A program made the position numbers and the translations under genes. Shown here piece after piece: positions 32,261-42,431 of a stretch of 64,000 bases of DNA (the first letter of the stretch is position 1; each line of letters opens with the position of its first letter). This stretch comes from Trypanosoma brucei (Eukaryota), in contig CP000066.1 in NCBI GenBank assembly GCA_000002445.1, positions 448,001 to 512,000 of the forward strand, given 5' to 3'. A model generated the notes under the pieces. The model was given only the letters and a program-made list of their open reading frames with translations. It was not told the origin of the DNA and ran no database searches.

Positions 32261-34048
32261 CTAAGAACTCACATCAAGATTAAAGAACGGATGGCAAAGT
32301 GCACTGGCTGCCGTCATACGTTGCCTCGGGTCTCGCTCGAAACAGCGCATAACAAAATCATTTAACACTGAAGGCCATGCCTCCGGATGCCGCAATGCTG
32401 GGGACAAAAAATTCTCCTCCATGGCCATAAACGTAGCGGCTGGATCCCACACTGCGTACTCAAGCCCATTAAGCATTCTCAAAAGGACACAACCTACACT
32501 CCACATATCGCAGGAGGCGGCGAAAGTTGCAACACGGTTGGCTTCATATCTGGGTTCAGCACTGGCAGATGCCCAATACACCTCAGGCGCCATTGTACTG
32601 AAGTCGCCAAGTTGGGAAATGGGCGATCCGAGACGCTGCGCGAGGCCAAGGTCAGTCAGCACAACACGCGGAAAGGAAAAATCCTCCACCAAAACCTGTT
32701 TAAGTGTTAGGGGTGATGAAAGAAGGCTCTCAGCGCCTGCATCACCAAATGGCCATGGTTTGGATAGGAGGATATTCTCCGCCTTCACATCAAGATGGCA
32801 CAAGTTGCACACATTGTTGAGAAAGTAAAGCGCATGACATATGCTCCACGCTACGTGCTGGACCTCTCGCACAGTAAACAGCGTCCGAGGCGTAGCGCCA
32901 GTACCTCCCGTGCCATCATGGGAAGGGAAGGGGCACCCCGTTGCGGATGAAACTTTATAAATCTCGCTGCGCTTATTAATACAGTCGCCTAGAGAAGTGG
33001 GATAGAGTTCTAGCGGGAAAAGCAACGCATCCCGCTTGATGCTGTACATTACGCTGCCAACGAGCTTTACTACAAAAAGTGAGCCCGTCAGAAAGGTACG
33101 CAGGACATGCAGACGCCCTTCTAACTCCGTTATGTTGTTCTTGATATGTGAAAGCTCGCTCTCATCGCCCTCCGTGCATTCCTCCGATACTCCTGCTGCT
33201 TGTCGTTTAAGCTGCTCCAACTCTCTTTCCACAGTCCGCACATCAGTTTCAAGTCGATGAGTTGCACTAGTTACCGTCTGAAGGGCACAACTTTCATCAA
33301 GAGTCCACTTTCCCTGAACGCGACTAATCTTAATGGCAACACGGCGGGCCTTAATGGATGCGCCCGTGGGAGTCCCATTCCATAGCACACAGTCGGAACC
33401 CTGATTACGACTTGTAGCAGTGCTATCAGCGCATACGCCATCCACTTCCACAACTGACTTCCGTTTGGCAGGGACGACAATCCCATAGTTTCCGCGACCT
33501 ATGTAACCTGTGAAGCTGCTGCCACACGTAGACGACAGTTGCCTCAGACTGAAACACGATTCAAGCTCTTGGTCACTTTTTAAAAATTCATACGGTGAAC
33601 TTTCCTCTTCGGGGAACATTTGCAACAATTGCGACGGAGTCGGTTCGATCTCTCGCTGGAGATCAAATTTACTGTCGTCGTCAGTTCTCGGACCGCTGCT
33701 TCCCCCCAAAGGAGCCTCGTCTCCTCCTTCATTTGTAACGGCTTCACCTCTTTTATATTCGTCACGGCCCCTCGCCATCGTATCAAATGGCAAAACGGCA
33801 CTACACGTACGGCTAAGGCCAAACTGTGCCATTGGTGGGGCACTCCACGTATGAATGAACTCCATGACATTTTTTGGACGGTTAATAACAATGTCGACGA
33901 GGAGGTTGTTAACAATATTCTGCGCACCGCTCTGATGCATCCAGCGGTCAATAGCCAAAGTGGGTTCTTTCTTATTTGCTTCATTGCTGGGATCGTTGCA
34001 GCCGTCCCCCGTAATTTTGTCCATCCCGGTAATTAAGTTCCCCCTCAT
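32261..34048 (-). CDS. Ser/Thr protein kinase with an N-terminal RIIa/DPY-30-like dimerisation-docking motif and non-canonical catalytic motifs (HLD, DLG)
   Basis: 595 aa, and the ATG is confirmed (atgaggggg...). The N-terminus reads GAQNIVNNLLVDIVINRPKNVMEFIHTW, which parallels the RIIa/DPY-30 consensus VPILLQGL...RP.NP.EFL. The kinase has a Gly-loop GRGNYGIVV, VAIK, a large insert, HLDVKAENILLS (normally HRD...), DLGLA (normally DFG) and MAPEVYW. Confidence 0.85.
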   Translation of the reverse strand: MRGNLITGMDKITGDGCNDPSNEANKKEPTLAIDRWMHQSGAQNIVNNLLVDIVINRPKNVMEFIHTWSAPPMAQFGLSRTCSAVLPFDTMARGRDEYKRGEAVTNEGGDEAPLGGSSGPRTDDDSKFDLQREIEPTPSQLLQMFPEEESSPYEFLKSDQELESCFSLRQLSSTCGSSFTGYIGRGNYGIVVPAKRKSVVEVDGVCADSTATSRNQGSDCVLWNGTPTGASIKARRVAIKISRVQGKWTLDESCALQTVTSATHRLETDVRTVERELEQLKRQAAGVSEECTEGDESELSHIKNNITELEGRLHVLRTFLTGSLFVVKLVGSVMYSIKRDALLFPLELYPTSLGDCINKRSEIYKVSSATGCPFPSHDGTGGTGATPRTLFTVREVQHVAWSICHALYFLNNVCNLCHLDVKAENILLSKPWPFGDAGAESLLSSPLTLKQVLVEDFSFPRVVLTDLGLAQRLGSPISQLGDFSTMAPEVYWASASAEPRYEANRVATFAASCDMWSVGCVLLRMLNGLEYAVWDPAATFMAMEENFLSPALRHPEAWPSVLNDFVMRCFERDPRQRMTAASALCHPFFNLDVSS

Positions 34049-35929
34049 TGCTCTCTCCTTGCCATGTGACTTCCCAATCTTTCCCTTTCTGCAGTTCTTC
34101 AGCAGATTTATTTATTCCTTTCCTTTTCCCCTTTTTGCTGTTGTTATAACCTACTATTCTTTTTTTTTTCTTTTATGACCTTAACCGTACCCTCTCTTCA
34201 CTTCCCCTGGAATTAGTTTTACGTACATATAAACAAACACACACACACACAATATATACATATATGTATATGTGTGGTAAGACGTTCAGTGGCGGAGCAG
34301 AAAGAAAAAACAATAGGGGAAAGAGAGCAGAGGTGAATTTAAAAATATACATGCCAATGTGAGATGTTAATCATTCACAAAGATTCATTAAGTAATAAAA
34401 AAAAAAGAAAAGATACTAAGAACGGAGCAGGAAAAGATTCTCGCGGCAGTAAATGACGCAGAAACTGTAAACACGAGGCGCAACCCGAGTGCAGCACTTC
34501 ATTCAACATCAAAAAAGTAAATAAACAAAGGTAATAAAAAGAAGTGCGTTTATTTGGCAGTGGCTTGCAACAATGCGGAACGAACATGAAAAAAAAAAAA
34601 AGGGGGCGCACATGAACAACAACAGTAATAATAATACCAAAAATAATGATCGTAAAAAGCGGAAGTTTTTCTTTTCGTTTGCACGGCCCTTAACCATTCA
34701 TACCCCTCCAAATTGCGCGCCACCCGTTTGTTCAAAAGAAAAAAAGGAGGTAATGGGAAACGGAGGCGGACAAAAGGGAAATAAACCAACAGCAGCGATT
34801 TATGCCCCACCAAATTTTTCAAAAAAAAAAACATAATTTTTTTTGGCTGAAAAAAAAAACATGAAAACATAATGTGAGCCATGTAAAGACATCCTTACGT
34901 GTGTTTGTGTGGGCATCGATGCGCGGTAGAGATGCCATCAACAAAATATAACAAAAAAAGGAGAAAAAAACAGAAAAGTTAATTTGTTGAATTCCCCTTA
35001 TGTGTTTTATCATTTTCACCACGCAGAGTCAGGTCGCAGTAGCGTTCTTTCCTTGCGTCACGCTTCAAAAACCACCTCCACACACATATTTTATGCCATA
35101 TGCACTCCATACGACTATTATTTTCTTTTTTTTTCCCTCACCCCTCCCTCTTTTCCTACACCATTATATTTTTGCGTGTCACTCCTTCATTCAAAAACCC
35201 CTCCCAAACCCGGTCCTAATCACACTTCCCTAACATCATCTTAACTTATTCAAGTGAGTGTGCTGGTGTGTATTTGTATGTGTGTCTATATAACTTTCAT
35301 CACTTGCTTGAAGCTCATCTACAACTTTGTTTTTGTATGTGTATATAATTGTATAAATACTTCGGGCCCCGTTTCACTTGACACACAGGAATTTTTTTTT
35401 CTTTCATTTGCATCGTGCATTCTCCCTATGCTTAATTGTTGTTCGCAATCCTTCATTTATAATTTTGCTCTTTTTTTCTTTTTTTGAACATTCCGTCAAG
35501 ATTCCAGTCCCACTGTCAAGTTCAAAAACAATCACTCTATATGGTCTCGTGTGATACGGATCCCATTCTCAGCGGAATAACAAACATAAATATATGTATT
35601 TTAAAATATATATATATATATAAAGGAAAAAGGGTGATGTGCTCTATGGGTTCCGGTGAAGAATGAGGAAAACCGCTGCCCACACGCATTTCACTGCATA
35701 AGAGCATGAGCACCAATGATATCTATACAAATATATATGTATATATAGATAGATAGATAAACAGATAAATAGATATAGGAAGATATCTCAGATATAAATG
35801 TATCTTTTATTTATAAACGTGTGCGTGCAGGTATATAGTGAAACTACAGGAAAAAAAAACAAAAAAGGTATCGGGGAAAAATAGAGTACACCGTATCATG
35901 GATTAAATCGTTACCAGTTGTCGGTGTGG

Positions 35930-38245
35930 TTATTTTTTACCCCCGTGCCCTTTTGTGGAACTGTCGCTGCCGGAGTGGTTATTGGCATTAACTGATGAAC
36001 CGCTACCACCAGGCGCACTGCTCCCAGACGAGGCGGAGGAATTTGAAGCTGTTGAGTGCGCACCGGCGTGCTGCGAAGATTGTCCACCGTTTCTTCCACT
36101 GGACGAGCGCTTCTTCAACATGCGCTCCGCCTCACGATCCGCCTTTTGTTTATTCCACGCTTCCTTTTTCTCTCGTAACATTTGCCGCACCCCTCGCCCC
36201 TCCAGCACGCGAGGTGTTGGTGGTGATGGAAAGATAACACTCCGACAGTTGCGGGTGCCACAACTGCATGCAAATGGCGGCATACGTTCGTCACATAACG
36301 TGGCATAATCCACGGTTAACTCCTCACCACTATTAATTGTCCGCTTAGAGACAAGCGTCAGCGTCCGGCCCTGCAAGAAATGCATATTGGGTTCACAAGA
36401 GTGACGAATTGCAACTGCCTGATGAAGGCGATCACCACGTAAAATCACACACCCCACCACTGGATCCTCTTCCCCAAGTTTATATACAGCCTGAGCAATA
36501 ACGGGAACAGTGTGGGCCGCATCACTGAAGAGCGCCTTGCCGGGCCGTACGGTTCGGCTCGCTTTACTCGAAAAATTTCCACGAGAATCGTGACTGATGA
36601 AGTACCATGGCCGCCTTGCCTTCTGCTCACGGACTGCGCGGTTCACTGCATTGTCCACAAAGCGGTCGTGATCCCATGATTTATCGCCCACCACCATCAA
36701 GTCCGCGAAGTCACCGCCATCCTTCTCGCTGTACCACATCCCACAGTTTGGGTTGATTTCCAAAAAGTATACATCACCTTTGGGGTCTATACGAAAGTCA
36801 ACACGGCCATATCCGACCCCGTTCATAATGTGTTGGAAAGCATTCCGGGCCATGTCAATAATCCGTGGGTAGGCCGGGTCATTATGAGGAAGAAAACTGC
36901 ATGCCTCATCGTTGCATTCCATGGACCACTTCTTGTCAAAATAGGCAAAGTCATCTTCATTTTGCAAAAAGTTAAACATTAAAGGCCTGAACACCTTGAC
37001 GCCATGCGGACTCCCGCTGTCGGCACATGCGAGAACGGTGCCCTCACGTCCTCGAATAAACTCCTCCACCAGAGCGTGATTGAACTCTTTCAGAAATGTT
37101 CCAACCTTCACTTTCAACTCGTCCAGAGTGTCACAACGGTTATCCTTGTTAATGCCAACAGAAGCGTAACCGGAAAGATGTTTCACGATGACAGGGAACC
37201 GCAGATGACGACATTTCTTCGCCAAACCTTCCGTTTTATCCAAAAGCACAAAGTTAGGTGTATTCACACCGGCCCCGGCAACAAGCACTTTCATATCAAT
37301 CTTGCTGGGTTCAAAACTGCGCGAGTCTGTGCCCGTAAATGCTGCGTTGTGCTCCTCCAGTGCCTCTAATACGTCGATACCAGCACGCTTCTCATCTTTA
37401 CCACCGTCACAAAGGTTAAAGAAAACGTCGAAGTTGTTTGAGGTTACCAATTCTCGCACCTGACGATAGGCATCATCTTTACGCACAGCAACTTCCGTGA
37501 AGGAGTACCTGTTCTTGTCCTTCCGCACCCTGTGAGCGGGGCTGCAGTGGTAATTGTCCATTTCCGCAGTGACAGAATTGGTCCCTTCGTAGCTGCTGTT
37601 GAGGACACATACGCGCAATTGCTTCTTTACGCTCGCCCTTCTCCTGCCTAGAGTTTGAGATACCACCATCCCAGTCGCCGATTTTGTGCAGTGGGAACCA
37701 TTAGCGGATGAAGAGCCCGTTGACATTGCTGTTGCTGTGTTCGTGGTCGATGCACCGGATCTATTCACCACTGACTTGGAAGAGGAAGCTTTTACTTTCT
37801 TCAGCCCAATCACATCTTCTTTTCCTTTTCTTGCTGACCTTCCCCGATTCGATCCCTGCCCTATTTCCACTGCTGTAGTCATCCCTGAGCTTTTACCTGA
37901 CGCACCACCGCCGTTACTCGTACCTGATGCACTCAACAGGGCTGCACTCTTCGTGCCGGGGTTAATGCCATTACCTCCAGGATGAGCGGATGTACCGACG
38001 GCGGCGGGAGGCACGGCGCCTCCAACTGTCAAACAACTTGAAGTACCACCACTTTTACTGCTCACAGAAGAGGCAGCACCACGGGATGGGAGAATAATAG
38101 TTGTGTTGGATGACTTCCATCGCAGGGTGTGAACAGTCACGCAACTCCACACAGCCACTGTTGGGGTTTTGGGTATTAATACATCTGCAAGGGGACATCG
38201 TAAGACTGAAGCCACACCAAAACGTCGAATTGCTATTCTGTACAT
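35930..38245 (-). CDS. Fusion protein: D-Ala-D-Ala-ligase-like ATP-grasp domain followed by a SET-domain methyltransferase with post-SET Cys cluster, and a Ser/Gly-rich C-tail
   Basis: 771 aa with a verified ATG. The ATP-grasp part reads FPVIVKHLSGYASVGINKDNRCDTLDELKVKV...LVEEFIRGREGTVLAC...GYGRVDFRIDPKGDVYFLEINPNCGM. The SET part reads GCVILRGDRLHQAVAIRHSCEPNMHF...INSGEELTVDYATLCDERMPPFACSCGTRNCRSVI. Confidence 0.85.
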   Translation of the reverse strand: MYRIAIRRFGVASVLRCPLADVLIPKTPTVAVWSCVTVHTLRWKSSNTTIILPSRGAASSVSSKSGGTSSCLTVGGAVPPAAVGTSAHPGGNGINPGTKSAALLSASGTSNGGGASGKSSGMTTAVEIGQGSNRGRSARKGKEDVIGLKKVKASSSKSVVNRSGASTTNTATAMSTGSSSANGSHCTKSATGMVVSQTLGRRRASVKKQLRVCVLNSSYEGTNSVTAEMDNYHCSPAHRVRKDKNRYSFTEVAVRKDDAYRQVRELVTSNNFDVFFNLCDGGKDEKRAGIDVLEALEEHNAAFTGTDSRSFEPSKIDMKVLVAGAGVNTPNFVLLDKTEGLAKKCRHLRFPVIVKHLSGYASVGINKDNRCDTLDELKVKVGTFLKEFNHALVEEFIRGREGTVLACADSGSPHGVKVFRPLMFNFLQNEDDFAYFDKKWSMECNDEACSFLPHNDPAYPRIIDMARNAFQHIMNGVGYGRVDFRIDPKGDVYFLEINPNCGMWYSEKDGGDFADLMVVGDKSWDHDRFVDNAVNRAVREQKARRPWYFISHDSRGNFSSKASRTVRPGKALFSDAAHTVPVIAQAVYKLGEEDPVVGCVILRGDRLHQAVAIRHSCEPNMHFLQGRTLTLVSKRTINSGEELTVDYATLCDERMPPFACSCGTRNCRSVIFPSPPTPRVLEGRGVRQMLREKKEAWNKQKADREAERMLKKRSSSGRNGGQSSQHAGAHSTASNSSASSGSSAPGGSGSSVNANNHSGSDSSTKGHGGKK

Positions 38246-39183
38246 CCCTTTTCTTATACTCCTTCACGAAAGGGAATAAGCCGTTACGAAAGACAGGGAG
38301 GAGAGCGGAGGAAGTAAAGTGCACACAAAGGAAGGAGGAAAAAAAACAGTGCCAGTTTCATTATCAGGGAAGAACAACCTCCACTCAACAAATACACGCC
38401 AATGTTGCGAACACTTCACACACCAGCATCAACCACACTAAAACACGCGTCCAAACGCATGGCACGGCGACCTATATATATATATATATATAATAGATGT
38501 AGACGTCACTGGGATGGGAAAGGTAGAGAGTTGAAGTAGGGAACCGCATGGCACTTATTGTGTTAGACTCTAATAATAAAGTATTTTACGTGTCCCTTTA
38601 CCTTCATCCTCTTATTGACAGTGAGACCAAGTATTCATCGAATTCTCAGAAATCACGGCAAGAATACACATGCACAAATATGTGTATGCGAATAACAAAG
38701 ACACTTCTTTCCACTTTACCGTAAATAGGTTTCGCTCGCCCATGACACTGGAGTGAAAAAAAAAAGGTGACTTGAGAGAGAGGTTAAAGAAAAAAAAACG
38801 TATAAAAAATATATTAATAACAAAAATAATAACTAAACAAATAAGCATATAAACCAAGAAGAAAAGAAACAACAGCTGCCCTCGATGCTCTCGGCCAAAT
38901 GAAGGATCATGTCTTCCACCGAATAATCTCTTTTTCCTCACACTTCCCTTCACACATACACACACCCACACGCATACAAGAGCAGATTCTGTAGACACCC
39001 AACAAGCATATTGCTGCAACAAAACAAACATGAGTACAGAAGAAAAACGGTAGTAACAAAAAAAACAATGGAGTATGGAACAGGAAAATTAAAGGAAGGC
39101 TGTAAACGCATTTGCTTAGGAATAATAACGATGACCATCAGTACAATGTCACCTCTTAAGAGGTGTAGAAATGAATAGAGAAA

Positions 39184-40053
39184 TCACAAGTCACCGAAGA
39201 AACTCGCGTCCTCTAAAAGTTTTCCAACGCGCACGTGGCCCATGAGAGGCGGTCCATCAGGGTCTTCCAAAGAAGCTCGATCTCCGCGCATCCATGTGAA
39301 TTTGAGCACCCTTGAAAAGTTTCTCCCCTCCCAGTTCTTGTTATCGAAGTTTTGTTCAGCGATGTAAACAAGTGAGGGCTGTCGACGCTCCTTCTTCAGT
39401 TCGCGAAGTGCCGCCTCTCCACCAGCAGCAGATACGTCATCTTCCACCTTCACAACCACGGCAACGTGACCGCGTGGAAAGTATGCCTTATAGTCCGAGT
39501 CCCATACCACAACATCGCCCACGAGCGGCGTGTGCCGCTTGCGCCTCTTCGTTGTCGTGACTTCCACCTTATTTTCGAAGTTAATCCGCTCGTATAGACG
39601 GTGCATCCCGCTTGAACCAAAAAACTTGAGGTTCTCCCAGTACAAATCGTGTCTGCTTCCACCGAAATAGACGAAAATTCCTCGGGTGTGTAAAAGGTAG
39701 CGAGCAACAAACTCATCCGCGGTCCAACACAACCCAGTTGGTGCTCGCTTCCACTCGGACCCATACGGCATTTTCTTCATCACTTCATGTGGATAACCAA
39801 TTGTAGTGTAGGCGTATGTCTCTGACAGCCAGTGGCGGTGGCAGTTGCTCATAGAAGGGACGTCTGAACTATAACCTACAACAGAGTCCATGGGAGCGTT
39901 GCAATGCTCAAGTGGGTTGAAATCCATATGCATCCCATGTCTCTTTGATTTCTGCGTGGATCCCCCACCGAGGAGAACGTAGACGAATAGAAAAAGCAGG
40001 AGAGTAGCCGGCACAGCGAGCTGAAACTTCTGTTTTCGGTTTAGAGACACCAT
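39184..40053 (-). CDS. Stand-alone CHAP-domain amidase, related to the glutathionylspermidine/trypanothione amidase domain, with an N-terminal signal-anchor
   Basis: The track start is TTG, and the first ATG is at 40051-40053 (MVSLNRKQKFQLAVPATLLLFLFVYVLLGG, hydrophobic). The catalytic region reads GLCWTADEFVARYLLHTRG...GDVVVWDSDYKAYFPRGHVAVVVKVEDD...LVYIAEQNFDNKNWEG. It parallels trypanothione synthetase-amidase YQCVEFARRWLLERKG...[28 protein letters not shown]. Confidence 0.75.
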   Translation of the reverse strand: MVSLNRKQKFQLAVPATLLLFLFVYVLLGGGSTQKSKRHGMHMDFNPLEHCNAPMDSVVGYSSDVPSMSNCHRHWLSETYAYTTIGYPHEVMKKMPYGSEWKRAPTGLCWTADEFVARYLLHTRGIFVYFGGSRHDLYWENLKFFGSSGMHRLYERINFENKVEVTTTKRRKRHTPLVGDVVVWDSDYKAYFPRGHVAVVVKVEDDVSAAGGEAALRELKKERRQPSLVYIAEQNFDNKNWEGRNFSRVLKFTWMRGDRASLEDPDGPPLMGHVRVGKLLEDASFFGDL

Positions 40054-40403
40054 TTGTGGCGTGATTTGTTGATTCGCGTCCTTTACAAAATAATAATAAT
40101 AACAATACCAATGCCAATGCCAATAAGGTTTTATAGCCCTCCCGTGAAAGGATGGAAGAAAGATAGAAAGAAGAGCATTGACAGAAACGTGCCAACAGGA
40201 AAGAACCCGATCATCGGACACACAGAATGTACCGCTGAAGCGATATAGTAGGTAAAAAGTGCGAGACACAAATGGCAAAAAAAATTTTCAAAGTTCGTAT
40301 GATGGGAAAAGGTGTAAAACATGTGAAATCCTCCCCACATTCATCTGATTATTGCGCCGTACATCAGACCAGTAGACTGCCGCCGATTTTCTCCACGCAC
40401 CAA

Positions 40404-42431
40404 TCAGTAGACACAAACACAGTTACATCCCCTGGGGCAACGGTGCACACTCTGGTCATTCCACCACGCCATAATATGCGACATGTGCCCCCCATGACCG
40501 CAGTAAATACAACGCAAAATGAGGCAGCCATTCCTCTTGCTTGAAGGAGGCGGTGTGGCGCCTCCTTCAGCTCCACCACTCCCATGTCCTTGCCCGCCCG
40601 GTAATAGCGAGAGACCACAAATAGCACATGTGTCTGTTGGTAGTAAAGCTGGGCTTAGGTCCTTGTCCTTCGCTCCAACAGTGCCAGGGCCTCCGCTACC
40701 GCTATCACCATACGCATTAATTGGTGAACTCCTGCTGGCCATGTGTAGTTGTTGATTTAGGGTAGCATTACAATAGGCGGTCTCAATAGCGCTCATGACA
40801 AGTTCTACCTCACGGAACTTTACAGGCTGATCCATGATAAAGAATACATGAGAAACAACAGACACACAGCGATAGCACTCTACCGGATGAATCAGATGCT
40901 TTGCAATGTCTGGAAACGCCGGTTCCTCACTTAATATGGAGGGAAGTACAACACAACAGACGACTACACCCGCCCAAAAGGGTTGCCGCTGTGCCTGCAT
41001 CGTCTCCACGGATTGAGCAAGAGCTGGTATGAGGAGTTTTCGAGCACAGAGCAGAGGTGTCTGCACTACCAGCGCTCCCTTCACGATATGGGACAACGTG
41101 CGAAACGTCAGCGATACCCCGCGAAGCGCTTTGGCGTTACGTGTTATATGAGCGTTCTTGCATAAGGCGGAATGGGGTTTATCGTCATACAGGCACACAT
41201 CATTCATCGTATATTTTTTCGTATGCAGTATATTTTCCGGTGCTAATAGTGAAGGAAGTAGCATCCTCCTTTCTTTACTTACCCCCTTTGGCACCACAGA
41301 TAGGTCAAGTGCAGAATTAGTCAAAAAAATCCGCCCCTGGACCGATTGGCTATCGGGTCCGTGCGAAAAAACACCAGCCACACCTGTCAAACCAATCGTG
41401 TTTCCATCGATACCGTCCCCACATTCTGTATTACCACACCCGCGGTTGAAAAGCGGTGAAGACGACGAAAAGCCACCTGAAGACGTCGCATCGGGATGTG
41501 GTCTTCCCTTTGCAAGAGATGCAGATGCAGAGCGATCATCAATTCCTTTTGCTTCCGATCGGTCTGAGCGTCCCCATGAAAGGATTCCGCCGTTCGGCAT
41601 GAATGCGGCGGCAAACTGACGCTTCGGCCTCAGAACCATATTACTCCCCATGAAGTCTTCAAAATGCCCAACAAAATCATCCCGCAGTGACCAACCATTA
41701 CTTTCCTCGTATAATGCCGTCGTGCTTCCCGAGTGCACGCAGTCACGCTCAAGCACTAAGCAACTCTCGTCCAGTTCCAAGGCCCCCCACCAAGTGCAGA
41801 GAAAAGAGAAACCAGACAGAAACAATGACCCAGTCGCCTGCTCAACACCACGTCCCACTGCCCCAGCGTCCATGGATACCTCTGTCGACGAACCCGAGGC
41901 ATCCACAGGCCTCAGTGATGTGAGTCGCGAGCAGCCATACCGCAATTTGCCGTAGTAGTCCGCAGCGTTCTCAACAGTATCATTGCAACCCCCATTGTGT
42001 GACAGTTTTGGCGCAGTGAGTTTCGATATAGCTTCCTCTAAGACAAACGACTGCAACCCACAGCATCTGTTGGCACCACCCCCGCTATCATGCTCGCTGC
42101 CTTGTACGCAACCGTCCTTGGCGTAGCGCCAGCTGCAGGGAGCCGCCGGATACGAAGGTGGGAAAACAGCGACCCACTCCGCTACAACCATGAACCCTGA
42201 AACAGAATTCTTGGGTTCTACAGCCCCTTGGAATTCGCGCTGAAGCCGCACAACCACCATACAAGTCCCGTCTACTTCTGAAACCGGGTCGCACACTATT
42301 ACGGTAGGCGCTCCTCTCCCCGACGGCAGTTTCGCTGGCGTGGCCTGAATACCTACGCACGGTGCGAAGTAAACGCTAGCACGTTTTCTTGCCTCCTCAA
42401 CCTCCGGCGATACAACAACTAAAGGTCCCAT
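40404..42431 (-). CDS. Protein with a GATOR2/SEA-complex-type C-terminal RING-like zinc finger (WDR59/WDR24/MIOS-like)
   Basis: 675 aa with a verified ATG. The C-terminus reads CAICGLSLLPGG...CLILRCIYCGHGGHMSHIMAWWNDQSVHRCPRGCNCVCVY. This matches the signature CxxC...CxxCGHGGHxxHxxxW...CPxGCxC of Sea2/3/4 and WDR24/WDR59/MIOS. Upstream Trp/Gly-containing segments could be degenerate beta-propeller blades. Confidence 0.65.
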   Translation of the reverse strand: MGPLVVVSPEVEEARKRASVYFAPCVGIQATPAKLPSGRGAPTVIVCDPVSEVDGTCMVVVRLQREFQGAVEPKNSVSGFMVVAEWVAVFPPSYPAAPCSWRYAKDGCVQGSEHDSGGGANRCCGLQSFVLEEAISKLTAPKLSHNGGCNDTVENAADYYGKLRYGCSRLTSLRPVDASGSSTEVSMDAGAVGRGVEQATGSLFLSGFSFLCTWWGALELDESCLVLERDCVHSGSTTALYEESNGWSLRDDFVGHFEDFMGSNMVLRPKRQFAAAFMPNGGILSWGRSDRSEAKGIDDRSASASLAKGRPHPDATSSGGFSSSSPLFNRGCGNTECGDGIDGNTIGLTGVAGVFSHGPDSQSVQGRIFLTNSALDLSVVPKGVSKERRMLLPSLLAPENILHTKKYTMNDVCLYDDKPHSALCKNAHITRNAKALRGVSLTFRTLSHIVKGALVVQTPLLCARKLLIPALAQSVETMQAQRQPFWAGVVVCCVVLPSILSEEPAFPDIAKHLIHPVECYRCVSVVSHVFFIMDQPVKFREVELVMSAIETAYCNATLNQQLHMASRSSPINAYGDSGSGGPGTVGAKDKDLSPALLPTDTCAICGLSLLPGGQGHGSGGAEGGATPPPSSKRNGCLILRCIYCGHGGHMSHIMAWWNDQSVHRCPRGCNCVCVY

